Positions 52,464-64,000 of a DNA stretch of 64,000 bases are shown piece by piece. Under the pieces are notes generated by a model. The model was not told where the DNA came from and did no database searches. It worked only from the letters and a program-made list of their open reading frames with translations. Numbering within the stretch: the first letter of the stretch is position 1; each line of letters starts with the position of its first letter. The stretch is from Octopus vulgaris (taxonomy: Eukaryota), in assembly GCA_951406725.2 (NCBI GenBank), contig OX597818.1:130200001-130264000 (forward strand). Direction: 5' to 3'. The position numbers and the translations under genes are program-made.

Positions 52464-53545
52464 TTACAAGGCATAAGTAATGTAAAATGGATCAACCAAG
52501 AGACCAAACCTAAACATCAGATACAGCTCTCACAGACACTCTTACAAAACCTAAAAACAACTCACTGAAATTATTTTTCCAAATAGATACAAAACAATAT
52601 AAACTACACACCAACTGCATAAGTATGCATTATGGAGTATCTATTTCAACTCAGATCCATTTGAATCTATTTGAGCTCAAATTCATTTGTACATCATATA
52701 CATGTCCTGAAAAATAGATACAGTGGATAAGGAGATTTAATTAACCTCATCTAAGAAAGGTATTTCAATTACTTGAGTAACTTTTTTTGTACAGTACAAT
52801 TATTCCAGTTTCAATTTGCATCATTTTTCTGATATCTGAGCAATTTGTTTTAAAGAAAGTCTATTTAAATATTGATATAGCAGATAACTAAAATCTTCTT
52901 TTTAATTTTGCCTGAAATTTTTCACTTGACAAATATTGATCACTTAAATATCATGGCTATAATATTAAAATAATATTTCTATATCATTAAAGGTTGTTAT
53001 ATTAAAGTGCATTCGTCAACACAATAACCAAGTGATTAAAATACTGGCTTCTCAATGTCAAGATCACAGTTATTCCATAGTAATTGTTAAGTTGAACATT
53101 TCATTCTTTGGTTGGCAAGATTCTCGATGTAAACCAATGTTGAAACAGATTTTGCTGCATCTCAAGATTATCATTATTATAATAATAATAAACACATACA
53201 CTGGTTCTATTTCACTTCTTTTATTATTATTCTTATTAGCCAATTTGTTGACATTTAACCAATTAACTAATCAGCTGTTTGATTAATTGTTCACTTAATC
53301 AATTATCAGTTAGCTCTGTCAAAGTGCTTTCATTGTCATTCACAATCCCCCCTCTACTCTAGATCTACGAAAGACATTAACTCATATTCAGAAAATATTA
53401 AGTAACTGTGTTTACTTTTCTAAGTTTTCTATTAAGTTCTCCAATGAACAGATCAATAGAAGGCTGGAAGCCAACAAAATATAAAAGACCAATCCTTAAG
53501 TCTATCTTTTCATTTGTATTCTGCAGAAAGCAACATATTTTATCA

Positions 53546-53735
53546 CTAGCAGAAATACCCGGCATTAGCTGGGTTAAAGAGAATAATGAAATTTTAAAAT
53601 GCTGTCTAGATTATGCAGGTCTCAACTGCTACTGGCTGAGATACTATCTTTCAACATTAATAACTCTGCAACCCATGCCAGCATGGAACATAGATGTTAA
53701 GTAATGTTAAAAGAAAGTTTTCAACACACACACAC

Positions 53736-53774
<39 letters not shown>

Positions 53775-55570
53775 AAATAAAACGTAATTCAAAAACACGT
53801 TTTGCGTAGCTTATTTCATAAGCAAAAAACAGGTACAGATTATAAACAATGAAAGGCCAAATTTGGTGACTCATTTGATATAAGAAGTAGAGAGCCAATC
53901 CGATGATAAATCTAACCCTGGATCCTGTCTCTGTTAAATCTCTCATGGCTCCAAATGATGTCATCTGTAGTGCAGTGTTGTATTGTCTAATTTTGTTTTG
54001 GAAGTGCTAAGAAATCTTGGTCAGTTGATGCCAACAGTTTTTTCAATGACTCTGGAGGTTGGGGGATTGCAAGGTGTTCAACCTTTCTACCAGTGCAGCA
54101 CAGAGCAGGTGTCTCTCCAGACCACTTCCTTGCTTTACAATGTATACACTCAGTTGTCATTGCACCATTGGAAACTCTAGTGTCCTCTGCATAATGAACT
54201 AGCGGATCATAATTGAAAGCTGCTTCATAGAATTTGCTTCTCTGAGCTGTTGCAACTACTCTTCACTCTACAATGGGAATCCTATTCCATGTCAGCCATG
54301 CATACCACAGTCCATCACTTTGAGATGCTCTGGCTTTTGTAGTGCAGTCTTTTCGTTGCTTGGTATGCTTCCCTTTCTGCAGTTGTCTCTCTTTTCCTGG
54401 ACAGAGACATTATTTCAGCTGACCTTGGCATTGTAGACAAATTTGACACCTTTCTTCTAGGCATGGTTATATATGTATACAGAAATAAACAGGTGCAGAT
54501 GATAGTAAGCAATGAAAATAACTGGGTAACAGAAATTATATTTCTTAATACGATGGACAGAAAGTAAATAAGAAAGTTTTACGAAAAATAAAGAAGTGTA
54601 CAGGTTGAAGGAAAATTTATCAGTGAACCAAAGAGCCAGTATCGAAGGAACCAGAAAAAACCATTAACAACAGAAAAAACACAAAACCATTGCAAAAGCA
54701 AATAAGAAATCTTTAGGGAAATTAACAAAGTGTATGGATTTAAGTGAAGTTTTTCAAGTTACTTCTGCCAGTAAATTATGAACTTACATCAAGAAACAAA
54801 AAACACAAAACGTTACAAAAGTAAATAAGAAATTTGTATGCAAATATAACGAGGTGTATGGATTGAAGTAAAATTTATGAAGTTACTTATGTCAGTAAAT
54901 TTATGTATGAAATTACTTTCATCAGTAATAGCAAACCACTTTCTGTCAGTAATTTGTTGTTGTTTGTAAATAGCAATTAAAAACTTACAGTGAAAAGAAT
55001 AGCGATTGAACTTAAAGTGAAAACAATAGCGTCTGAAAAATTAAAGTGAAAACATTAGAGAGTGAGCGAGATATAGAGAGAGGGGGAGAGAGCTAGCTAG
55101 TTAGACAAATAAGATAGATATGGATAGATAAGATACAGAGAGATAGATAGAGATGGACACAATGATATAGTTAGAGAGATAGAGATGGATAGAGAGATAT
55201 AGATAATACTGACGCTAGAAAACCTGAAGTAAATATTTTTTTAATAAACTTTCAAAGACGTGAATCTAATATATAAAACAATATTTAAACATTTTTATGA
55301 CCAATGGATGTAAAGGGGACAATCAATTTCCGAAAGTTACTTTGCAAAGAGCTACCTCCCTTCTCCAATTTACCCAGGAACATGTGTTTTCTGACCTTAA
55401 GGAGCCCATAATGCATTATGTGAAAAATTTTAAGAGTCTAAAACCATCCCTGGAACATAATTAATGTATGTCCCCAGTTTATAGAAAATCAGTTGAACAA
55501 TATGATAATCTTTTACACACACACACACACACACACACATGCACAGACAGAACGGGATTTATATTATAGA
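53546..55570 (-). mobile_element. Internally deleted Helitron with both termini
   Basis: Minus strand: A|TCTATAATATAAA 5' end; 3' hairpin acccagc-taat-gccgggt then CTAG|T; no TSD; RepHel N-terminus inside. Confidence 0.9.
53850..54464 (-). pseudogene. Helitron RepHel N-terminal / zinc-finger relic
   Basis: MPRRKVSNL..RETTAERE; AAFNYDP..GAMTTECIHCKARKWSGETPALCCTGRKV..PPESLKKLL; IRQYNTALQMTSFGA; RIQG*IYHRIGSLL. Confidence 0.92.
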
Positions 55571-55862
55571 TTAACTCCAGGAAAGACAAATCATACTCAG
55601 ATCCTTTTCAAACACTTCTTGTTTGGAAAAATGAGACAGCTAGGTGAATTTAATGTGTTTAAGTCTTTAGTATTCCCATTATTCTGTTAAAAAGTAATAC
55701 TTATTAATTCACATCTTGTGTCTATATATATATATAGTGTAAACAAGAGAGACAGAGAAAGACAGAAACAAGGAAAATGCCACTTATATTTGAACACTAA
55801 ACAAATATTCTTTTAAAAAAACTTTTCTTTTAATTTTTCTAAATTTAATTATTTAATCGTTA

Positions 55863-55900
55863 CAGTTGAAAAGGTCTCAAAATGACCGAAACCGGTACTG
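55863..55900 (+). ncRNA. Minimal type I hammerhead ribozyme (PLE-type), U3:A8 core variant
   Basis: cag-TTGAAAA-ggtc-tcaaaat-gacc-GAAA-ccggT-A-ctg: stem I cag/ctg, stem II ggtc/gacc, palindromic accggt helix III, GUA site. Confidence 0.7.
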
Positions 55901-55986
55901 AAATGTTCTTTATAAAATTATTCTAGCATTTTCTATCTTGACTTATTTTTTCATATATATCAACTCCAGTGTTCCTTTTCATCCTT

Positions 55987-56030
<44 letters not shown>

Positions 56031-56299
56031 CTTTATTTATTTTGGCATGTCTACACAATTGTGCCCCAAAGATTTGTGTCTTCATAACCTTGAGAAAATT
56101 TAATATTTCCTAATGAAATTTTCTACAAATATGCTTCAGATCATATAGATTCTGATTAAATTGGAATTCATTGTGAAAATTGTTTGTCCCTACAGGAGTT
56201 TTAGAAAATTCACACCATTAGGCTTTGTTGTATATATATGTATATATATGTAAAGGTGGGTGTATATGCATTGTTTTAATTATATCTTTCCATACACAC

Positions 56300-56610
56300 A
56301 TGTACACATAAAAAACTGGTACACCGTCAGTTACAATGATCACAAGTATCCAAAACTTCTTTACCACTCTTCCAACCTCATTTCTCTTCTTAAAAAGAAG
56401 GCTTTCATCTACTTGGACTATATGCCATACCATTGTACAGCTGCCTGTCTACTAATATTGTTGATGGACATGCAGCATGTCACTGGCATTTCACATATAA
56501 AGTCCAGGATTATGTGAAAAGTGTGAAGACCATCAATCGACTTTTTTCCAGAAAAATATTAAAATATTATTTGGAAAATTATAAAGCGAAACGAATGGTA
56601 GATTTAGACT
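56300..56610 (-). pseudogene. Merlin (IS1595/ISXO2-like) transposase relic
   Basis: STIR...FLEKSRL; ISRQAAVQWY; HIVQVDESLLFKKRNEVGRVVKKFWILV resembles IVQIDES.F.KRKYNRGR.V...WVFG. Confidence 0.65.
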
Positions 56611-57212
56611 GTCTATATTTTAAAATTACGAATTAAAGAAAAAATATATATTAAGGGTGATTTAAAAATTCTCTTTTTTTTGCATAATCATATTAATTCC
56701 ATTATGTAGAAGACATAAGCACAAAAATTTTGTAAAAATTCGTAAAAATAAGAAGTTACGAGGGGTTTTAGCATGTGCTTACATTATAACTCCACCCAAA
56801 ACTTATTTAAATGTTGATTCTTTGGGACAAATCATATGTGATTGTTTAAAAAGCTTGAACAACAATGCATTTAAAACAATGAACAACAGTCAGAATATAA
56901 TAATGATAGGTTAATAAGCATCCTTAAAGTGAAACACGCATTGGTAGGTAAACAAAGGTATCAACAAATAGAAGAGAGGGCAGGGAACATCACCTTTCAA
57001 GTAATCGAGAATAGGTAAAAGTAAGCTTGTCAAAGTTTAATGCAGTTTAAATATGGAGATTAGAATGGTTTGGTCCATTTACATCCACTTTCGTGGGAGC
57101 TCTGGGCAAAATGTTTTAGTGCGTGACCATCCTCAGAAAAAGTAATGTGTGTATAAAGTTTGATAAAAGTAGGCTGAGAATTGTGTAAATGTATGCATTT
57201 ACATAAAAAAAA

Positions 57213-57462
57213 AATGCACCCTTTTAGAGCCTAGCTAGGCTCATCGGCCCAGTTTCCCAGTTCCTATGGTGTATGTGTTCCCCAGCTGGATAGGACGCCA
57301 GTCCATCACAGCGTTACTCATTTTTGCCAGCTGAGTGGACTGGAGCAACGTGAAATGAAGTGTTTTGCTCAAGAACACAATGCGTCGCCCGGTCCAGGAA
57401 TCGAAACCACAATCTTATGATCATAATGCTGACACCCTAACCCATAAGCCACGTGCCTCCAC
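57213..57462 (-). mobile_element. SINE family D
   Basis: Homologous to 20060-20312. Confidence 0.92.
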
Positions 57463-57784
57463 ACACATACTGATGATGATGATGAGTAACCTTTAATGTC
57501 TCTCCACTAAGATTGCAAAATATAAACTACAACAAAGAGAAGAAACAAATATAATAATGATAACAATGATGATAATAAAAACACTAATGCAAATAAATTA
57601 AATATATATACTGATACTTATAGTAACAACAATAAACATAAGATAAGTTACAATATAAATAAGAAGAAGAAGAAGAAGAAAATAAGTCATTAGTTACGAC
57701 TCAACAAGAAATAAAGAAAATAATCCTGAAAACAGGAAAATTAGGCACAGCATTAGTAATAAGGAAACAGGAAAAGTTCCTGAT

Positions 57785-58190
57785 AATAAAACCTGTGATT
57801 GTGCCAATAAAAAACAGATGTCCATTAGGAAATTTTTGTGGAGAAAAATGTATAATGTATAGGTAAAATAATGTCCGAGGGGCAGGATTTCTACTATACA
57901 GGCTCCATGGAAAACTATTGGGAAAGAAGGATAGCCAACCATGAAATCACTTCTAGAGATAAAAGGAAAGAAGCTAGCACTAGTTTCAGTAGATTATTCT
58001 GGGAAATTAAGGACAAAAATAAGGAGTATCCACTGAAGGAGGAAGTAATTAGCAGGGTAGCTTATAGCATTGGAAGCAAAAAATGTGACTTATGCTTTGA
58101 GGAAATCAACAATAATTAACAATAAGTAATTAACAATAAAAGAGAGAGGTTTTTCTTGCCTACATAAGATTAAATATATGCTTAATAAAT
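57785..58190 (+). pseudogene. Penelope-like GIY-YIG endonuclease relic
   Basis: KTCDCANKK..PLG.FC; FYYTGSMENYWERRIANHEITSR...STSFSRLFWEIKD...YSIGSKKCDLCFEE...INNKRE resembles CNC...CPL.G.C..YIG....FK.R..NH..SF..ST.LS...W.LK...C.LCL.EK...LNKR.E. Confidence 0.82.
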
Positions 58191-58472
58191 TTAAACAAAT
58201 GAAATTAAATAGACATTATAGAAAGAGATATATGGCTGGTAATTCTAAATAAATATAATTAAATAGGTATTATGTGAATAAACAAATATCTAGAACTAAC
58301 AATTCTATATTAATCAAATGGAGAAATAAACATTGAAACTCTCACCATCAGCTTATGTAACAAAATATATAATTTAACAATTATATTAAATAAATGGGGG
58401 ATAGAGATCTTGTTATATTCAGAAGGGAAAAGAAATATACATGTGATTTTATACATATATATATATATATAT

Positions 58473-58878
58473 ATTCTTTTACTCTTTTACTTGTTTCAGT
58501 CATTTGACTGCGGCCATGCTGGAGCACCGCCTTTAGTCGAGCAAATCAACCCCAGGACTTATTCTTTGTAAGCCCAGTACTTATTCTATCGGTCTCTTTT
58601 GCCGAACTGCTAAGTGACGGGGATGTAAACACACCAGCATCGGTTGTCAAGCAATGCTAGGGGGACAAACACAGACACACAAACATACACACACACACAC
58701 ATATATATATATACATATATACGACAGGCTTCTTTCAGTTTCCGTCTACCAAATCCACTCACAAGGCATTGGTCGGCCCGGGCCTATAGCAGAAGACACT
58801 TGCCCAAGATGCCACGCAGCAGGACTGAACCCGGAACCATGTGGTTGTTAAGCAAGCTAATTACCACACAGCCACTCC
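58473..58878 (-). mobile_element. SINE family A, young
   Basis: Homology to other A copies. Confidence 0.93.
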
Positions 58879-58883
58879 TATAT

Positions 58884-58951
<68 letters not shown>

Positions 58952-58953
58952 GT

Positions 58954-59406
58954 CCAGTGGCACGTAAAAAGTGCCACCTGAACATGGACAGTGCCAGTAC
59001 CCCCTGGCTAGCTCCTGTGCTGGTGGCATGTAAAAGGGACTATCCGGACGTGATTGATGCCACGGCCACCTAACTGGCTCCCGTGCTGGTGGCACAGAAA
59101 AAGCACTGTCTAAACGTGGCTGATGCAAGTGCTTCCCCCACCCTGACTGGCTCCCATGCTAGTGGCATGTAAAAAACACTATCTGAACGTGATCGATGCC
59201 AGGCCCACCAGACTGGCTCCTGTGCCAGAGGTATGTAAAAACCACCCACTACACTCTCGGAGTGGTTGGTGTTAGGAAGGGCATCCAGCTGTAGAAACAC
59301 TGCCAGATTAGATTAGAGCCTGGTGCAGCTGCTGGTTTTCCAGACCACAGTCAAACCGTCCAACCCACGCCAGCATGGAAAACGGACGTTAAACGATGAT
59401 GATGAT
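58954..59406 (+). mobile_element. SINE family F with four tandem units of about 66-73 bp
   Basis: Repeated ctggctcc(c/t)gtgctggtggcaYgtaaaa; F tail and (GAT)n. Confidence 0.9.
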
Positions 59407-59874
59407 CACATACACACACACATAGGCATCTTTACATACACACATACATATATATATGTATCCATATAATCCTGACTGAGCTTTGTACCCTCTGCTTTGT
59501 AGCTCATTCACAATTCATTTTTTGTCTTCATGTTTTACCTTGTATACTATGCATGCACATCATTCTTTACAGCTTTCTATTTCCTCTTATACATTTTTCT
59601 GGTGAATTTCAGTTTACATTAGTACTATATACAATAAATCATTATTATTATCATATGCACACACATATATATACACACAAAAGGGTCAAGTGCTGATGTT
59701 AAACAGTGCAACAGATTAACTCTGAAATCCAAGTAGAAGAACAATCTCTCTCCCATGGGTTTATCTTTTATCTTTTACTTTGTTTCAAGGTGCCACACAG
59801 TGGGACTGAACCTAGAATCATGCTGTTGGTAAGCAAGCTTCATACCACACAGCCATGCTTGTGTCTATTCAAGT

Positions 59875-60196
59875 AGACCGGGCGTTGTGAGTGTTTATTG
59901 AGCGAAAACACCTGAAGCTCCACAAGGCTCCGGCAGGGATGGTGGTGATCCCTGCTGTACTCTTTCACCACAACTTTCTCTCACTCTTACTTCCTGTTTC
60001 TGTTGTACCTGTATTTCAAAGGGCCAGCCTTGTCACTCTCTGTGTCACGCTGAATATCCCCGAGAACTACGTTAAGGGTACACGTGTCTGTGGAGTGCTC
60101 AGCCACTTACACGTTAATTTCACGAGCAGGCTGTTCCGTTGATTCGGATCAACCGGAACCCTCGTCGTCGTAACCGACGGAGTGCTTCCTTCCTTC
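59875..60196 (+). mobile_element. SINE family C (tail C1), 5' truncated, 10 bp TSD
   Basis: TSD ctattcaagt at 59865-59874 and 60197-60206; near identical to the reverse of 3643-3956. Confidence 0.92.
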
Positions 60197-61204
60197 CTAT
60201 TCAAGTTTTACTCACAAGACTTAGAGCAACACAAAGCTATGTTAGAAACCATTTGCTCAAGGTGCCACATATTGAGATTGAACCTGAAACCACTTATTTG
60301 CAAAGCAAATTATACAACCACACAGCCATGCCTGCTCCTCTATTAAATAAATAAAAGGAATAGAAATAAAGCTACATAAAAGTTTTGCTCATTGATGCAA
60401 AATTGTGTCAGTTTCTGTTGTTATAAATATACAGTTCATTTCTCCTTTTCAAAGCTTACTTTGTTTTATCCTCCACAGTGTGAGGCTGAATATTTTTATC
60501 AGGAAGAACACAAACATGCTGCGTGTATACATATCACTCCTCAAGCAGGTGAACTGTTTTTTTAACAAGGTGAAATCAATGTGTTTGGACAGTTGGTTTT
60601 AAATGGTTGATGTCCAAACCAAAATAGATGAAGCTTAGCACAATGTTCCTTTTTTTTTTTTAATCAACATAGCATGCATGTGCTTGTGAGTGCATTGTTA
60701 TATGTGTATATTTGTATAAGTGTGTTACCATACAAATAATCTATTAGAGTATGAAGTTGTGTGTTTATATGTTCGCACAGGTATGTGCATGTAGGCAATA
60801 GGAATAGTAACTGTGTGTGCATCATTGCTATGTCTGTGCATCTATCAGTGCAAATAATGTGTATATTAGTGTATGAGGTTCATGATAGCATTATCTTTAC
60901 ACATGGGGAGTGTATGCACTTGCATGCATACATATATGTATTTGTATGTGGGTTTGTGAATGCGTGTCTCATTCTCATTCAAGAGAGTCATGGCTCGTAT
61001 TTTGTTTTTTCATCTTAACAAATCCTAAATTTAAATAAAGCAATTTTTTTTTATTCAGAGACAAAAACAAATAAAAACAATGAAAAATGAAAAATACAGT
61101 AAACCAGTTTTTCTTTTTTTTTTTTTTCAGATCATGCAAAGTTTTAGTGCACACAACTGTATCATCGCATGTGTACATATCCTGAGCTAAAGATTTTTTC
61201 ATCA

Positions 61205-61244
<40 letters not shown>

Positions 61245-62699
61245 TATTATTATTATTATTATTATTATTACAATTGCTATCACCATCATCATTGCTAAAG
61301 TATTCTTGACACTGAACAATAATTGTTACTGAAACTTGCTATTACAAAGCATGTTGATGAGATAATAACATAAAGAACTTAATGAAGCTTCTAGGTTTGA
61401 GAAACAGAGACAGTACCATCAAGGATTACTGTGACTTCTTTGTATGTTATTAAAATGATTAGTCAGGTTTACTAAAGCATAACAACCAAAAAGAAAAAGA
61501 ACAGTAAATAAACAAGCAAAACAGAGTTACTTTTAACAGAATATCATCACCGAGGAATACAAGAAAAAAAAATTACAATTCATGAAGATAGATAATCCAA
61601 ACCAGATTTTACGCATGTAGGCTCAGAAATTACCAGAATGATAATTTTACTATCTTGACTAAATGGTATTTTCATATGGGATACATAATAGGATCATTTT
61701 CCTCTGGTAATTTTGGAAAGCTTAAGGGGCCATCCACAAGTTCCATTTATCGTAGAGTGAAATCAATGGAAAAGTCCTTAAATAAAGCCTTCGGCATTAA
61801 TTTGGAGTCTATTAGAGAAGTTATCTGTTTATATTAATCTTTTATGGCAAAAATTGACCTAGCGAGATGATTCTAGGGGCACAGATAGAATTAAGAAGGG
61901 GAAAAAAAAAAAGAGAAAAATAAAATAATAAAAAAGTGATGGTGATGGGAAGGGTGCCTTTGCTGTGATGTAGAAATGACTGATTAATACAATGGATTAT
62001 ATAAATAGAGAAGAATGTATAAGCAGAGGATGGGAGCTTCGTGGCTTTTCCACCTCCTCCAAGATTTAGATAAACTTTACATTTCTTTGATTTCTCCCTA
62101 TTCTTCTTCCCCACATATCTTTACTACTCATATTTATTTCTCTCCTTTAAATAATCTACTTTTTGTTTACCTCTCCACCCTTCTCCACCTGTATCTTTAT
62201 ATCTTCTACTTTCTACACTTTTCTTTTACACAAGTTTGTTTTTGCTTTTTTTTTATTTGTTTTCTTTATTTTTCTTTCTTACGCTGTCACGATATTTCGA
62301 TATTTCGTGTGTCTTGCTGTCTATCTATTACCGTCTCAAGCTTTCTCCCCTTTTCCTTTCTGTCATCTTCATACTCCATACCCTATTCTCTCCACTACTT
62401 CATATTTCATTCTCTCTCACACACACACGTTTCTAGTCCCCATCTTAATCTTTTCCTTTTCTTTCCTCTTTTCATGTTGCTATTTTAACTCCACTTCTTT
62501 TACTCTCTCCGCTCCTGCCAGGTTTTATTTCTAAATCTTTCCCTGCATTTTTCTTTCTCTCTAATAATACATAAACCCTTTTCTCTTTTCTCCATCACTG
62601 CTCTCTCCATTTCTGTCTGTCTGTCTCTCTCTCTCTCTCCCTCTTTCCTCTCTTCAATGTTCTGTATTCTGTATCCTCTTCTCACATCCAGTCAACAAT

Positions 62700-62900
62700 T
62701 TATCTATTCATCCATCCATCCATCCATCCATCTAAATCCATCTTATAAACCTACTGACCATCCCCCGCTTCAACTTTCACATGCACCTATCAATCCATTC
62801 ATCCATCCTTCAGCCAATCCATCCATTTATCCATACATTCATGCATCCCTCCATCTAGCCATCCATCCATCCAAATCTCTAGCCATCAAAATCCATCCCA
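62700..62900. repeat. Degenerate (CATC)n within a long pyrimidine-rich tract
   Basis: Direct inspection. Confidence 0.85.
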
Positions 62901-63019
62901 GTCACCCATTCTCTCCTACGTCACCCTTTCACCCACTCATATAACTCAACTCTTGGGAATTAGTAAATGATTGACTAGGTTGATATTAGTGAGTTAGAAG
63001 TATGCAATAAAAACAACCG

Positions 63020-63190
63020 TGCTGGAAGGGCTTTTATGAACTTGGAATCCCTAATTGATACTGGGAAAGACTTCTAATAGCAATCGTGCAAGAATTCAAA
63101 CAAGCCAAGCCGAAGATTTGCCACTTCTTGAAAGCCTAACATGGACTCAATATGTTGATGACACCATTTTAATACTATTAACCAATTTCA
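63020..63190 (+). pseudogene. Possible Penelope-like RT active-site relic
   Basis: LLIAIVQEFKQ then LPLLESLTWTQYVDDTILI, like the PLE motif W.RYVDDTF.I. Confidence 0.5.
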
Positions 63191-63477
63191 CCAATCAATT
63201 TGCCCATATGATGCCATTTTGAAGCTTTATTAAGCAGAGGTATTTTCCTTGTTTACAATATTTTTAATAAATTCGAAAGCTGGTGGAAGCAAATTGGCAG
63301 AAAAATCAAGTACATTACACACTGTATTTCTTTTCTTCAAGGTCAGTCCAATAAAATAAGTACCAGTAATACAGGGAACGATGGGGTCAGTTCAATCACC
63401 TATATTCTCTGCCTACAAAATCTTGAGTCATGTTTTATCAAACGGAATCAATAAGTCTGAAATTTTAATTCCATTAT

Positions 63478-63887
63478 AGGCGCAGGAGTGGCTGTGTGGT
63501 AAGTAGCTTGCTAACCAACCACATGGTTCCAGGTTCAGTCCCACTGCGTAGCATCTTGGGCAAGTGTCTTCTGCTATAGCCCCGGGCCGACCAATGCCTT
63601 GTGAGTGGATTTGGTAGACGAAAACTGAAAGAAGCCTGTCGTATATATGTATATATATATATATATGTGTATGTGTTTGTGTGTGTGTGTGTTTGTCCCC
63701 CTAGCATTACTTGACAACCGATGCTGGTGTGTTTACGCCCCCGTCACTTAGCGGTTCGGCAAAAGAGACCGATAGAATAAGTACTGGGCTTACAAAGAAT
63801 AAGTCCCGGGGTCGATTTGCTCGACTAAAGGCGGTGCTCCAACATGGCCGCAGTCAAATGACTGAAACATTTAAAAGAGTAAAGAGT
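63478..63887 (+). mobile_element. SINE family A, young full length
   Basis: ggcgcaggagtggctgtgtggtaag...aaagagtaaagagt. Confidence 0.93.
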
Positions 63888-64000
63888 ATTATGCACAATA
63901 TGTAGTCTGATCAATAAGTATCCGGACTGTTGCCATAGTAAGGTATATCCATCCCTCAACCCCACCCAATTTCTGCAGGTGTCACCTACTCTTCCCTATT

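Noticed and set aside
57061-57140. Minus-strand hammerhead (CTGAGGA-tggtc...gacca)
   Set aside because: The GAAA core is missing its G and stems I and III are not convincing.
58954-59250. CRISPR-like repeat/spacer array
   Set aside because: The spacers are homologous to each other, the repeats are degenerate, there are no cas genes, and the context is a eukaryotic SINE.
63899-63935. Mariner-like TIR tatgtagtctgatcaataagtatccggactg
   Set aside because: No partner TIR or transposase within the window.

Overview
AT-rich eukaryotic DNA that is almost entirely repeats. It is most likely intronic or intergenic sequence from an octopus (coleoid cephalopod) genome; this is inferred from the tRNA-derived SINE families and the extreme (TA)n/(TATG)n/(ATT)n load. 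No intact protein-coding gene is supported: the supplied ORFs are SINE or microsatellite artefacts, or transposon relics. The window holds dozens of SINE copies from at least six families (labelled A-G here, my own labels), whose heads and tails are shuffled in several combinations. It also holds decayed LINE fragments (RTE, L2/CR1) and three Penelope-like element (PLE) relics. DNA-transposon relics include a canonical internally deleted Helitron, DD37D maT, mariner, hAT and Merlin elements, and piggyBac-type TTAA MITEs. The most notable items are a minimal type I hammerhead ribozyme with a compensatory U3:A8 core (55863-55900), a cluster of three fold-backs around a GC-rich island ending in a second hammerhead-like motif (5785-7307), modular SINE head/tail exchange, an RTE LINE 3' end matching a SINE tail, and an ~88 bp target-site-like duplication. 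All translations and alignments were done by eye, so ends of degraded elements are approximate.
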